A DNA stretch of 64,000 nucleotides from a virus (IMGVR_UViG_3300032103_000073); one strand, 5' to 3'. Numbered from the stretch's first letter, positions 1-7,956 are shown. The notes: generated from the sequence alone by a model not told the origin. Numbers and translations: made by a program.

Positions 1-25
1 AAGATATCTAAACATAAATATAAGA

Positions 26-475
26 ATGTTTAAATTATCTGCTACATTTTATTCTGCAATTTTCTTCATCGTAATAGGCATTTTATTTTTTAGCATGTCT
101 CTATCATTTGAATTTGGGACAGCTAGCAACATGGGCCCTGCTTATTTTCCAAGAGTATTAAGCGTAATTTTAGTATTCATAGGAATATTAAATTTAATAA
201 AATCTTTTCTAGTTAAATCAAAAGATAGTGTAGAATATTTTTCTATCAGGCCGGCGATATTTGTAATTGCAGCTAGTATATCGTTCGGATTTTTAATCAA
301 TGTTGTTGGACTTCTAGCATCTACAGCTATATTAGTAGTGTTAGCCAGTAATGCAATTAGGATAGAAAATAAAAAACAAATTTTGTTTTTGTCCTTGCTA
401 TTGTCAGCATTTGCTGGTGTTGTTTTTTATGGCGTACTTAATATGCCTTTTAAATTATTAGCTTGGGGGTTTTAA
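26..475 (+). CDS. tctB: Tripartite tricarboxylate transporter small membrane subunit (TctB family)
   Basis: 4 hydrophobic segments, MGPAYFPR motif, directly upstream of TctA. Confidence 0.8.
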   Translation: MFKLSATFYSAIFFIVIGILFFSMSLSFEFGTASNMGPAYFPRVLSVILVFIGILNLIKSFLVKSKDSVEYFSIRPAIFVIAASISFGFLINVVGLLASTAILVVLASNAIRIENKKQILFLSLLLSAFAGVVFYGVLNMPFKLLAWGF

Positions 476-1984
476 ATGACTCTAGTTGATAATTTATTAC
501 TTGGGTTTAGTGTTGCTTTTACATTACAGAATATAACCTATGCATTAGTCGGATGTTTATTAGGAACACTTATCGGTGTGTTACCCGGAATAGGTCCGTT
601 AGCAACAATTGCAATGCTGTTGCCAGCGACTTATTCGCTGTCTCCTATATCAGCTTTGATAATGCTAGCAGGAATCTATTATGGAGCCCAATACGGTGGA
701 TCTACAACTGCTATTCTTGTAAATTTACCAGGAGAAGCATCGAGTGTAGTTACAACATTAGACGGTTATAAGATGGCACAGTCAGGTCAGGCAGGACCTG
801 CACTATCAGCTGCTGCTATCGGATCATTTTTTGCAGGTACCGTTGGAACTTTAGCTATTGCAGCATTCGGCCCACAATTAGTAGATCTTGCTTTTGAGTT
901 CGGTCCTGCAGAGTACTTTTCATTAATGATATTTGGATTAGTCGGCTCGTTGGTTCTATCATCCGGTTCATTAATCAACTCAATCGGTATGGTAATAGTT
1001 GGTTTGTTACTGGGATTGATTGGCACGGATATTAACACTGGGTTAATTAGATTTTCTTTTGGCGTACCAGAGTTAGCAGATGGCATTAATTTTGTTGTGC
1101 TTGCAATGGGGATATTCGGATTAGCAGAAATAGTAAACAATTTAACAACTAGCTCTTACAATAATAGCATCACTAAAACTTCTAATTTAAAACTTTATCC
1201 ATCTATACAAGATATTAAAAAAATAATACCTGCAATTTTACGAGGCACCGGAATTGGATCGTTGTTAGGAATTCTCCCAGGTGGCACTGCAATGCTTTCT
1301 TCTTTTGCTTCTTATGCCGTTGAGAAAAAAGTTAAGTTAAAAGATAACGAAGAGTTGCTAGGTCAAGGAAATATAAGGGGTGTTGCAGGTCCAGAAGCGG
1401 CTAATAATGCTGCCGCACAAACTTCATTTATTCCTATGTTAGCATTAGGATTGCCTTCTAATGCTATAATGGCATTAATGATAGGTGCTATGACTATTCA
1501 CAATATACAACCAGGTCCGCAAGTTATGACAACAGATCCGTCGCTGTTCTGGGGATTGATCGCAAGCATGTGGATAGGCAATTTAATTTTGCTTGTATTG
1601 AATTTGCCTTTAGTAGGAGTTTGGATTAAACTTCTATCTGTTCCCTATAAATTTCTATTTCCTGCAATTATACTTTTCTGTACAATAGGAGTATATTCTA
1701 CAAGCAACAATGTTTTTGATATTTGGTTGGTTGCAGTGTTTGGCTTATTAGGTCTTATGTTTTTAAAGTTAAGATGTGAGCCAATTCCAATGTTGCTAGG
1801 ATTTATATTAGGTCCTATGATGGAAGAGAACTTTAGGAGAACCTTACTAATATCTAGAGGAGATTGGAGTGTATTTTTTAATCGACCTTTAACGTTGTCA
1901 TTGTTGATAGCGACTTGCATTTTAGTATTGTTTATACTAGTGCCAAGTTTTAAGTCAATTAGGAATAATTTACACGAAGATTGA
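476..1984 (+). CDS. tctA: Tripartite tricarboxylate transporter large membrane subunit (TctA)
   Basis: GVLPGIGP, IYYGAQYGGS, GPEAANNAAA motifs; 502 aa polytopic protein. Confidence 0.95.
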   Translation: MTLVDNLLLGFSVAFTLQNITYALVGCLLGTLIGVLPGIGPLATIAMLLPATYSLSPISALIMLAGIYYGAQYGGSTTAILVNLPGEASSVVTTLDGYKMAQSGQAGPALSAAAIGSFFAGTVGTLAIAAFGPQLVDLAFEFGPAEYFSLMIFGLVGSLVLSSGSLINSIGMVIVGLLLGLIGTDINTGLIRFSFGVPELADGINFVVLAMGIFGLAEIVNNLTTSSYNNSITKTSNLKLYPSIQDIKKIIPAILRGTGIGSLLGILPGGTAMLSSFASYAVEKKVKLKDNEELLGQGNIRGVAGPEAANNAAAQTSFIPMLALGLPSNAIMALMIGAMTIHNIQPGPQVMTTDPSLFWGLIASMWIGNLILLVLNLPLVGVWIKLLSVPYKFLFPAIILFCTIGVYSTSNNVFDIWLVAVFGLLGLMFLKLRCEPIPMLLGFILGPMMEENFRRTLLISRGDWSVFFNRPLTLSLLIATCILVLFILVPSFKSIRNNLHED

Positions 1985-1989
1985 CATTC

Positions 1990-2253
1990 ATGAACTATTA
2001 TTACGAAGTTAATGACCTTGCGGTAAACTATTTCGGTGGAAAGTATTTTGCTGTCTATGATCGATCCGGCCATTTAATGGCTGGCGGTTGGCAATTGACC
2101 CAGATGAGCGACAGAGTCTGGAGGGAAACTTCAGACGGAGTTTTCTTTATAAAGAATAGATTTGTCAGTCCTTATAATCACGGTTATCTTAATCTAACGG
2201 ACATGGAAGAATTTTTTATGATCAAGTTGAAAGCAAAAACATATGCAGGATGA
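1990..2253 (+). CDS. Hypothetical phage protein
   Basis: ORF overlapping the next gene. Confidence 0.55.
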   Translation: MNYYYEVNDLAVNYFGGKYFAVYDRSGHLMAGGWQLTQMSDRVWRETSDGVFFIKNRFVSPYNHGYLNLTDMEEFFMIKLKAKTYAG

Positions 2254-2461
2254 AAGCAATAAACCTGTAAGCGAGCAAAGTCTCGTGTTTCGTTTGCGTA
2301 AGCGAGCAGAGATCAGACGAAACAACAAGGATCGCAAAAGTGTGCAAGAAGGTGCCGCCGATCGTATCTCAGACTTGTTAGAAGAAGCTGCTGAAGAAAT
2401 CGAACGTCTTAACGACCAAATAGAACAAATGCAAATCGATGCTGCTGGCGAAGATTGGTAG
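2243..2461 (+). CDS. Hypothetical phage protein
   Basis: ORF, RLRKRAEIRR / DLLEEAAEEIERL coiled segment. Confidence 0.65.
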   Translation: MQDESNKPVSEQSLVFRLRKRAEIRRNNKDRKSVQEGAADRISDLLEEAAEEIERLNDQIEQMQIDAAGEDW

Positions 2462-2479
2462 CAAGATATAAGTAGTTGC

Positions 2480-2623
2480 ATGAGCAAGAGACAAGACACG
2501 TTCACTAAGGCATATGGAAACATTCCTCGCGAACCTCTGCCTTGGTTTGAGCTAGACCTTGTTCCTTTCCGAGGACTTAAATTTTATTGGTTAAAGTTCT
2601 TGAGAAAATTGCAAGGAAGATAA
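2480..2623 (+). CDS. Small hypothetical protein (47 aa, MSKRQDTFTKAYG...)
   Basis: Read manually; below the ORF-track cutoff. Confidence 0.5.
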   Translation: MSKRQDTFTKAYGNIPREPLPWFELDLVPFRGLKFYWLKFLRKLQGR

Positions 2624-2652
2624 TTGACATAAATAACTTACTTTGCTATAAT
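2624..2652 (+). promoter_or_regulatory. sigma70-type promoter P1 of the RNA operon
   Basis: TTGACA-17nt-TATAAT. Confidence 0.85.
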
Positions 2653-2711
2653 AGATACTTAGTTAGACATTGTTAGCAAAGAAATTTTGTTAGCCAAGGC
2701 AGCAAAAATAG

Positions 2712-2740
2712 TTGACACAAAATAACTAAGCATGTATAAT
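2712..2740 (+). promoter_or_regulatory. sigma70-type promoter P2
   Basis: TTGACA-17nt-TATAAT with extended TG. Confidence 0.85.
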
Positions 2741-2766
2741 ACATGCATACGCTAAGAAATTAGCAA

Positions 2767-2782
2767 GGCTCTTTAAAAATTT
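2767..2782 (+). promoter_or_regulatory. rrn-type boxA antitermination element
   Basis: GGCTCTTTAAAAATTT vs boxA consensus TGCTCTTTAACA, just downstream of P2. Confidence 0.65.
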
Positions 2783-2815
2783 GTTGCAGTTGATAAAATT
2801 ATTGCAACAAATTAG

Positions 2816-2844
2816 TTGACACATATCGATGTGTTTGCTATAAT
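2816..2844 (+). promoter_or_regulatory. sigma70-type promoter P3
   Basis: TTGACA-17nt-TATAAT. Confidence 0.85.
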
Positions 2845-2879
2845 AGAAGCTTAGTTAGTTGCAACAGCACTAACTGAAT

Positions 2880-2895
2880 TGTTCTTTAAAAATTT
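2880..2895 (+). promoter_or_regulatory. rrn-type boxA antitermination element
   Basis: TGTTCTTTAAAAATTT downstream of P3. Confidence 0.7.
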
Positions 2896-2990
2896 AAATG
2901 ATATGACGTCCTTGCAAGACAACACAACGCACGATAACGCTGCCGAGTGATAACAGTCCGTAATCTTGTGAAAGAACACGTAGCAAGGAG

Positions 2991-3073
2991 TCATATAAAA
3001 ATGCACATTAGTTTGAAGCTCCGAAAGGCTATGCACGAGTAGGGTAGTATTGCTTTTGTGTGTTTTTATATGA
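2991..3073 (+). ncRNA. Stem-closed small RNA cassette A
   Basis: 17-bp terminal stem TCATATAAAAATGCACA / TGTGTGTTTTTATATGA (2 G-U), internal hairpins. Confidence 0.6.
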
Positions 3074-3077
3074 TAGA

Positions 3078-3168
3078 GAGTCAATGTTAAAAGTGGGTAC
3101 TCAGAATATCCGCCAGTCAGTTGCAAATGCTGTTCAGCCTAGGTGGACTGTAATAAAAACATAGACTC
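3078..3168 (+). ncRNA. Stem-closed small RNA cassette H
   Basis: GAGTCAATGTT / AACATAGACTC closing stem, 1 mismatch. Confidence 0.4.
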
Positions 3169-3169
3169 G

Positions 3170-3244
3170 TCATATAAAAATACAATAACCTCGTGGTGAG
3201 TGCGAGTTAGGAAATGATTGCCTGTGTATTGTATTTTTATATGA
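3170..3244 (+). ncRNA. Stem-closed small RNA cassette B
   Basis: Perfect 18-bp inverted repeat TCATATAAAAATACAATA around a 39-nt interior. Confidence 0.65.
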
Positions 3245-3254
3245 TTAAGTTCAT

Positions 3255-3339
3255 GCCCTGGTGGCGAAATTGGTAGACGCACCAGATTTAGGTTCTGGCG
3301 CCGCAAGGCGTGACGGTTCGAGTCCGTCCTAGGGCACCA
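3255..3339 (+). tRNA. tRNA-Leu(TAG)
   Basis: Cloverleaf, CCAGA-TTTAGGT-TCTGG, long variable arm, encoded CCA. Confidence 0.95.
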
Positions 3340-3420
3340 TATTGAAATACATTAACTAACCTGGAGTGCGGTCACAGGGCATCGTAAGGTGTGGTAGCCG
3401 TGTTAGTGTATTCCAATATG
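3338..3420 (+). ncRNA. Stem-closed small RNA cassette C
   Basis: 19-bp stem CATATTGAAATACATTAAC / GTTAGTGTATTCCAATATG (1 A.C, 1 G-U), two internal hairpins. Confidence 0.6.
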
Positions 3421-3431
3421 GTAAAGAATAT

Positions 3432-3524
3432 AGTGACGTGGATGAGAGGTTGAAATCGGCACCCTGCTAAGGTGTTTGTCATCTAAACAATGGCACGTGG
3501 GTTCGAATCCCACCGTCACTGCCA
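3432..3524 (+). tRNA. tRNA-Ser(GCT)
   Basis: Cloverleaf, loop CTGCTAA, long variable arm, GCCA end. Confidence 0.95.
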
Positions 3525-3533
3525 AAGTAAAAA

Positions 3534-3609
3534 GCCTGGGTGCGTAGAGAGGTGATACGTCTCCTTTACACGGAGAGCGATACTGGTTCGAGTCCAGTCC
3601 CAGGTACCA
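3534..3609 (+). tRNA. tRNA-Val(TAC)
   Basis: TCTCC-TTTACAC-GGAGA, TTCGA T-loop, ACCA. Confidence 0.93.
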
Positions 3610-3616
3610 AACAAAT

Positions 3617-3690
3617 GCGGGATTAGTTTAATGGTAAAACGAGATCCTTCCAAGTTCAAGTCAGCGGTTCGATTCCGCTATCCCGCTCCA
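3617..3690 (+). tRNA. tRNA-Gly(TCC)
   Basis: Gly-type acceptor GCGGGAT/ATCCCGC, loop CTTCCAA, TCCA end; anticodon stem partly mispaired. Confidence 0.88.
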
Positions 3691-3824
3691 AGTTTATGTA
3701 AGGGACTTTGCAGAATCCTTAAGAATACTAGTAAACCTTTCCCTGCGAGTCTTCAACAACAATGCACATATTATAGTGGTTTAATATTTTATACAAAAAC
3801 TGTGCCTTACATAATTTAATTTTT

Positions 3825-3851
3825 GCTCCGATGGTGAAATAGGTAGACACA
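3825..3851 (+). pseudogene. 5' stub of a tRNA-Leu-type gene (acceptor 5' strand plus D arm)
   Basis: GCTCCGATGGTGAAATAGGTAGACACA resembles a Leu 5' end and stops just before the HNH promoter. Confidence 0.65.
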
Positions 3852-3870
3852 TAACTATGTCTTTTCTTTG

Positions 3871-3898
3871 TGTTTAGTATAAATAAACATAGGAGAAC
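3871..3898 (+). promoter_or_regulatory. T4-like late promoter TATAAATA in the loop of an SD-sequestering hairpin
   Basis: TGTTTA-GTATAAA-TAAACA stem extending over GGAG; TATAAATA at 3878-3885. Confidence 0.65.
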
Positions 3899-3901
3899 AA
3901 C

Positions 3902-4378
3902 ATGATTGATATTACCGAATTTATCGCTCTTAGCAGAGAAGAACGCAGAGCACACTTAAACTTAGAAGACCGTTGTTGCGAACGTGGTGGTAACTCCACT
4001 AATCACAAAGGCGTGTTGGCTCAATACTTAGACACGACAATACCGTCGGGTAGAATCTTATTGTGTCATGCTTGTAATAATAGTAAGTGCAGTAATCCAA
4101 AACACCTATACTGGGGTACAGATTATGATAATATTGTTATTGATGGATCAGAATTTGGAACACATAAAAATCCGTTCGAACGTCGTGTTGAAAAATACGG
4201 ATATGAAAAAGCATCTGCTATGAATAGTAAAGTGATGGCAGGAAACACAAACGGTTCCGGCAATAAAGGTAAACCCAAATCAGAAGAACACAAGAAAAAG
4301 ATTGCAGAAGCAATCAAGAGAAAGTATAATGAAGGTGCTTACACAGATAGTAAGCCTGGAAGAAAAAAGCGACTGTAG
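3902..4378 (+). mobile_element. HNH homing endonuclease with NUMOD3-like tail
   Basis: CHACNNSKCSNPKHLYWGT HNH motif, KSEEHKKKI; stop codon lies inside tRNA-Leu(TAA). Confidence 0.85.
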
Positions 4379-4458
4379 CCGAATTGGTCTAGGCACCAGA
4401 CTTAAAATCTGGCGATTCCGAAAGGGTCCTGTGGGTTCGAGTCCCACCAGTCGCACCA
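4369..4458 (+). tRNA. tRNA-Leu(TAA)
   Basis: GCGACTG/CAGTCGC acceptor, CCAGA-CTTAAAA-TCTGG, variable arm, ACCA. Confidence 0.93.
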
Positions 4459-4464
4459 ATGTTC

Positions 4465-4596
4465 AGTCAGTTAAAAGATGCAGTCTCCATTAACTGACTT
4501 TTAGAAGTTGCATAGAGCTTTAGGTAAACTGCAAGTAGCCCAAATGAATCACTAGCAAAAGTCGTTAAGTCGATGATTGTGGTGCAAGCCCATTAA
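4465..4596 (+). ncRNA. Two-T-loop structured RNA, copy 1
   Basis: Shares a 33/34-nt core and hairpin layout with 8197-8329. Confidence 0.65.
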
Positions 4597-4603
4597 GAAT
4601 TTA

Positions 4604-4680
4604 GCACCGTTAGATCAGTTGGTTAGATCGTCTGCCTGTCACGCAGAAGGCCAGGGGTTCGAGTCCCCTACGGTGCGCCA
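4604..4680 (+). tRNA. tRNA-Asp(GTC)
   Basis: TCTGC-CTGTCAC-GCAGA, GCCA end. Confidence 0.95.
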
Positions 4681-4772
4681 AATATTTGAATAGTTAGATA
4701 AATAGTTTCACGGGGGGGGAGAGCGTAGAGAACGAGTAATTCGCATAAATAAATGCGATAGTGGAGAACTCT

Positions 4773-5279
4773 ATGAATAACGGCAAATACTATACCCCAG
4801 AGTATAAACAAAAGCAAGAAGCAAAGATAGATAGACTATACGGTCCTGTAATAAAGCACAAAAAAGTCTGCCAATGTTGCGGTGAAGAGTTTATATTCGA
4901 AGGTAGATTAAAAACTAAGAAGTATGAGGACGCAAAGTTTTGCTCCAGAAGTTGCGCTAATAATAGGCAATCTTGGTGGAATGACAATGCTACTCATTAT
5001 AGAACAATAGCATTACAGCATCATGATGAAAAGTGTGTTGTGTGCGGGTTTGATAAGATTGTTGCTATTCATCACATAGATGAAAACAGGCAAAATAACA
5101 ATCCATCAAATTTAATACCGTTATGTCCAAATCATCACGAAATGGTACATAGCAAATGGAAAGATGAGATTATTCCTTACATTAAAGAATGGCAACGGGG
5201 GATTGGTATAGTTGGGAACACAGTAGCTTTGCAAGCTTCAGTCAGCGGTTCGACCCCGCTATCCTCCACCAAACACTAA
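4773..5279 (+). mobile_element. HNH homing endonuclease; 3' end reads through tRNA-Ala
   Basis: CQCC/FCSRSC Zn motifs; IHHIDENRQNNNPSNLIPLCPNHH; GGAG SD and ATAAATA at 4745. Confidence 0.88.
5197..5271 (+). tRNA. tRNA-Ala(TGC)
   Basis: GGGGGAT/ATCCTCC acceptor with G3-U70, loop TTTGCAA, ACCA. Confidence 0.92.
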
Positions 5280-5286
5280 ATGTAAT

Positions 5287-5310
5287 GTTCGATCCCGTTT
5301 ACCTCCACCA
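5287..5310 (+). pseudogene. 3' stub of a second tRNA-Ala (T-loop, acceptor 3' strand, CCA)
   Basis: GTTCGATCCCGTTTACCTCCACCA duplicates the end of the tRNA-Ala just upstream. Confidence 0.65.
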
Positions 5311-5316
5311 TTTTAT

Positions 5317-5392
5317 AGCGGGTAGGGTCTGGTCACCACTTCAGTCTCATAAGCTCGGAGCATCCCTGGTTCAAATCCAGGACCCGCATCCA
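5317..5392 (+). tRNA. tRNA-Met(CAT), with a 1:72 mismatch
   Basis: Loop CTCATAA; A1.A72 mismatch; irregular anticodon stem; TCCA. Confidence 0.8.
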
Positions 5393-5465
5393 ATTAACCT
5401 GCCGTGTGAAGGCAGAGGCATTCGCAAGATATAAGTCCTCCCCTATACATAGCACAACGAATTAT

Positions 5466-5542
5466 TCCTCGATAGCACAGTTGGTAGTTGCGCTTGACTG
5501 TTAATCAAGATGTCCGTGGTTCGAGCCCACGTCGGGGAGCCA
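5466..5542 (+). tRNA. tRNA-Asn(GTT)
   Basis: CTTGA-CTGTTAA-TCAAG, GCCA. Confidence 0.95.
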
Positions 5543-5546
5543 AATT

Positions 5547-5622
5547 GCTGGATTAGCTCAGTTGGTAGAGCACTCGCCTTGTAAGCGAAAGGTCGTCAGT
5601 TCGAACCCGACATCCAGCACCA
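5547..5622 (+). tRNA. tRNA-Thr(TGT)
   Basis: Loop CTTGTAA, ACCA. Confidence 0.95.
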
Positions 5623-5636
5623 AAGTTAGATTATTT

Positions 5637-5711
5637 GCTCCGTTCGTCTATCGGCTAGGACACCAGCCTTTCACGTTGGTAAGATGGGTTCGATTCCCAT
5701 ACGGAGTACCA
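5637..5711 (+). tRNA. tRNA-Glu(TTC)
   Basis: CCAGC-CTTTCAC-GTTGG, ACCA. Confidence 0.92.
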
Positions 5712-5716
5712 TGTTT

Positions 5717-5793
<77 letters not shown>

Positions 5794-5860
5794 AGTTTAT
5801 GAGTTCGTCTAGAAACCGGTAAATTGTAGTTTAGTCTACAAGCTCGTAATTAATTTAAAT

Positions 5861-5946
5861 GGAGATGTAGGAAAATTGGTAACCCCAGTGGACTGTAAAT
5901 CCGCCGCCTTATGGCACTACTGGTTCGACTCCAGTCGTCTCCACCA
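5861..5946 (+). tRNA. tRNA-Tyr(GTA)
   Basis: GTGGA-CTGTAAA-TCCGC, variable arm, ACCA. Confidence 0.95.
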
Positions 5947-5985
5947 AATACTAAAATATTTTGGTAAACAAGTTAAAAGAATTTG

Positions 5986-6014
5986 TTGACACAATAAGAA
6001 GTATTTGCTACAAT
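5986..6014 (+). promoter_or_regulatory. sigma70-type promoter for the large-RNA unit
   Basis: TTGACA-17nt-TACAAT. Confidence 0.8.
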
Positions 6015-6133
6015 AGATACATGTTAAGAAATTAACAAAACAGAAAAGTTGTTCGCTGTAAAGAAAACACTCGTGCTAGTCCTGAAAATTTGCGGTAATG
6101 ATTATAATCCGCGAGCATGGACCTGCTAATCAT

Positions 6134-6148
6134 TGTTCTTTAAAAATT
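6134..6148 (+). promoter_or_regulatory. rrn-type boxA element
   Basis: TGTTCTTTAAAAATT upstream of the large RNA. Confidence 0.7.
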
Positions 6149-6162
6149 AAAGCTAAGAATTT

Positions 6163-6279
6163 TCTTAGCATTGTTGAGCAAGTTGATTCTCAAACGCAAC
6201 GACTAGCCCGAACGGGACTTTACTAGTGGGATCTGCAGATCAACTGGCGAAAATGACAGCTTGTTCAACAATGTTAAGA
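6163..6279 (+). ncRNA. Stem-closed small RNA cassette G
   Basis: 23-bp fully paired stem (3 G-U) around a 71-nt structured interior. Confidence 0.6.
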
Positions 6280-6280
6280 T

Positions 6281-7165
6281 TTCAAGGGCAGCTTATTGTC
6301 CTACAGAGTATGGTTCGCCCAGCTTTGTGAAGAATAACTCCTGTGAGGGAGCCAAAGGATGTATGCCTACATAAGTCCGCTGGAAACAGTGCAGATAAGC
6401 AAGCCTGCTCACTACCGCGAGGTAGCGATCACTGATAAGACCGGTGGTTGTAACAGCAAAGCTGATGTAGTGGAAAGAACGCTAGCTTACAAGCCCGCAA
6501 GGGGAACTTGAGTTGGCGGAAAGAAACAGGTGGTGCTGTCTTCACTACAAAACCAATCAGTCAACTGGTATGAGAAAGGGTAGTATATAGGTTCGAGGTG
6601 TTGCAGCCAAGAGCTTGTGTGCAGTTTTAATGGTTGGTGGATATGTATGGTAACAGGCATATACATTGATCGTGAAAGACGACTGAGTAGTCCGCAAGAC
6701 AAAAGGTATGGGTCGTGTTGTATTCTGTATGCCAAAAGCATATGGAGCAATTGGAGCAGCACGAACCGGTAGGTTAAGTAGCACAATGGTAGTGCAGTTC
6801 CCTTTTAAGGAATAGGCTGTTGGTTCAAATCCAACCTTATACAAAAACGCAAAGACTGCTCCTGACAATGTTGAAAGTGGCCTAAAACTGGACCGCAAGG
6901 AATTCAGTTGCTCAAATGCCGCAAGCAAATGAGTATTGATTAGGATAGTTTCGTAAGAGTTTAGCGACCCTGAACTGCTCGCAAGGTAGACGGAACCTGA
7001 ATAGTTGAATAGACATTGTTGTAATAGGAAACGCAACCTATCAAATGCGGCCATGACTCGATACTTGAATATCGCAAGAGTTCAAGTGGATGAAGAAGGA
7101 AAGTTTCCCGCAAGGAAATCATAATCTTCCGAAGACGAGTTGCGATCCCATGTAATCTCAGTGGT
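6281..7165 (+). ncRNA. Large ornate ncRNA, GOLLD-like
   Basis: ~885 nt without a credible ORF, 7 C-GCAA-G tetraloop hairpins, within a phage tRNA cluster; 3' GAAGGAAA..ATAATCTTC..TGTAATCTCAG resembles GOLLD as I recall it (not searched). Confidence 0.7.
6769..6842 (+). tRNA. tRNA-Lys(TTT)-like element embedded in the large RNA
   Basis: D arm GCAC/GTGC, GTTCC-CTTTTAA-GGAAT, T arm GTTGG-TTCAAAT-CCAAC; bulged acceptor, no CCA. Confidence 0.75.
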
Positions 7166-7169
7166 ATCA

Positions 7170-7209
7170 TTATTTCAAAGCGTATTTGGTCAAGTGTGTT
7201 TTGAAATAA
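7170..7209 (+). repeat. Empty member (F) of the stem-cassette family
   Basis: TTATTTCAAAGCGTATTT-GGTC-AAGTGTGTTTTGAAATAA; arms resemble those of cassettes D/E. Confidence 0.55.
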
Positions 7210-7255
7210 GTAGATTACAAGACTAAAGGTATAAATACATAGAAGGAAACACAAA

Positions 7256-7939
7256 ATGTTCTATGTTTATATGCTGTTAGATCCAAGAAAAAGCAATCAA
7301 CCGTTTTATGTAGGTAAAGGCACTGACGACAGATGGAAAGACCATTTGTTAGAAACTGCTGATACTTCTATCAACAAACGCAAGTTCAACACCATTCAAA
7401 AAATCAAAGCCCTTGGCTTAGATGTAGGCGTTGAGTTTGTTCGATACTTTGAAGATGAAAATCAAGCATACGACCTTGAGGAGCAACTAATCGCTCGGTA
7501 TGGAAGAAAGGGTTATGACCCCGATGGCATACTGACCAACATTTGCGAGGATTCAAGACCGCCTAACTGGCATCAAGGACCCAACGCAAGTGCCATAAAC
7601 CAAAAGATTCGCCAAACAAAGTTGGAGCAAGGTAGTTCGCATACTCCGGAATCTAAAGCAAAGATTTCTGCTCAGCTAAAGGGTAAGAAAAAGCCCCCAA
7701 GATCTGAAGCACACAAATTAGCATTGAGCAAGGCCAAAAAAGGCAAGCCGCTGTTAACGCCCTGTAGCGAAGAAACAAGGCAAAAGCGTAGCCAAAATCA
7801 AACTGGAAAGAAAGCATCAAAGGAAACACGGAAGGCAATCAGCGAAGGTCTCAAGGGTAGAGTGTTGTCAGAAGAACACAAAGCAAGGATCAAGGCTGCT
7901 ATGCTAAAACGAAAGTTAGCAAAAGAAAGTAATACTTGA
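7256..7939 (+). mobile_element. GIY-YIG homing endonuclease with NUMOD3 repeats
   Basis: FYVYML...FYVGKG..RWKDH; HTPESKAKIS/SEETRQK/SEEHKARI repeats; TATAAATA at 7230. Confidence 0.9.
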
Positions 7940-7956
7940 GTATTACATTTTTCTGG

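Noticed and set aside
5799-5850. Extra tRNA between tRNA-CAT and tRNA-Tyr
   Set aside because: Only a D-loop-like segment and one hairpin; no T arm or CCA.
6070-6135. HDV-like/theta ribozyme call
   Set aside because: P3/L3 cannot be formed in the required order; kept only as an unassigned pseudoknot.
6281-7165. rRNA, group I intron, or the reverse-strand ORFs 6487-6786, 6557-7054 and 6961-7254
   Set aside because: No rRNA signature helices and no interrupted host gene; the ORFs lack SDs and protein-like composition and are antisense shadows of a structured RNA.
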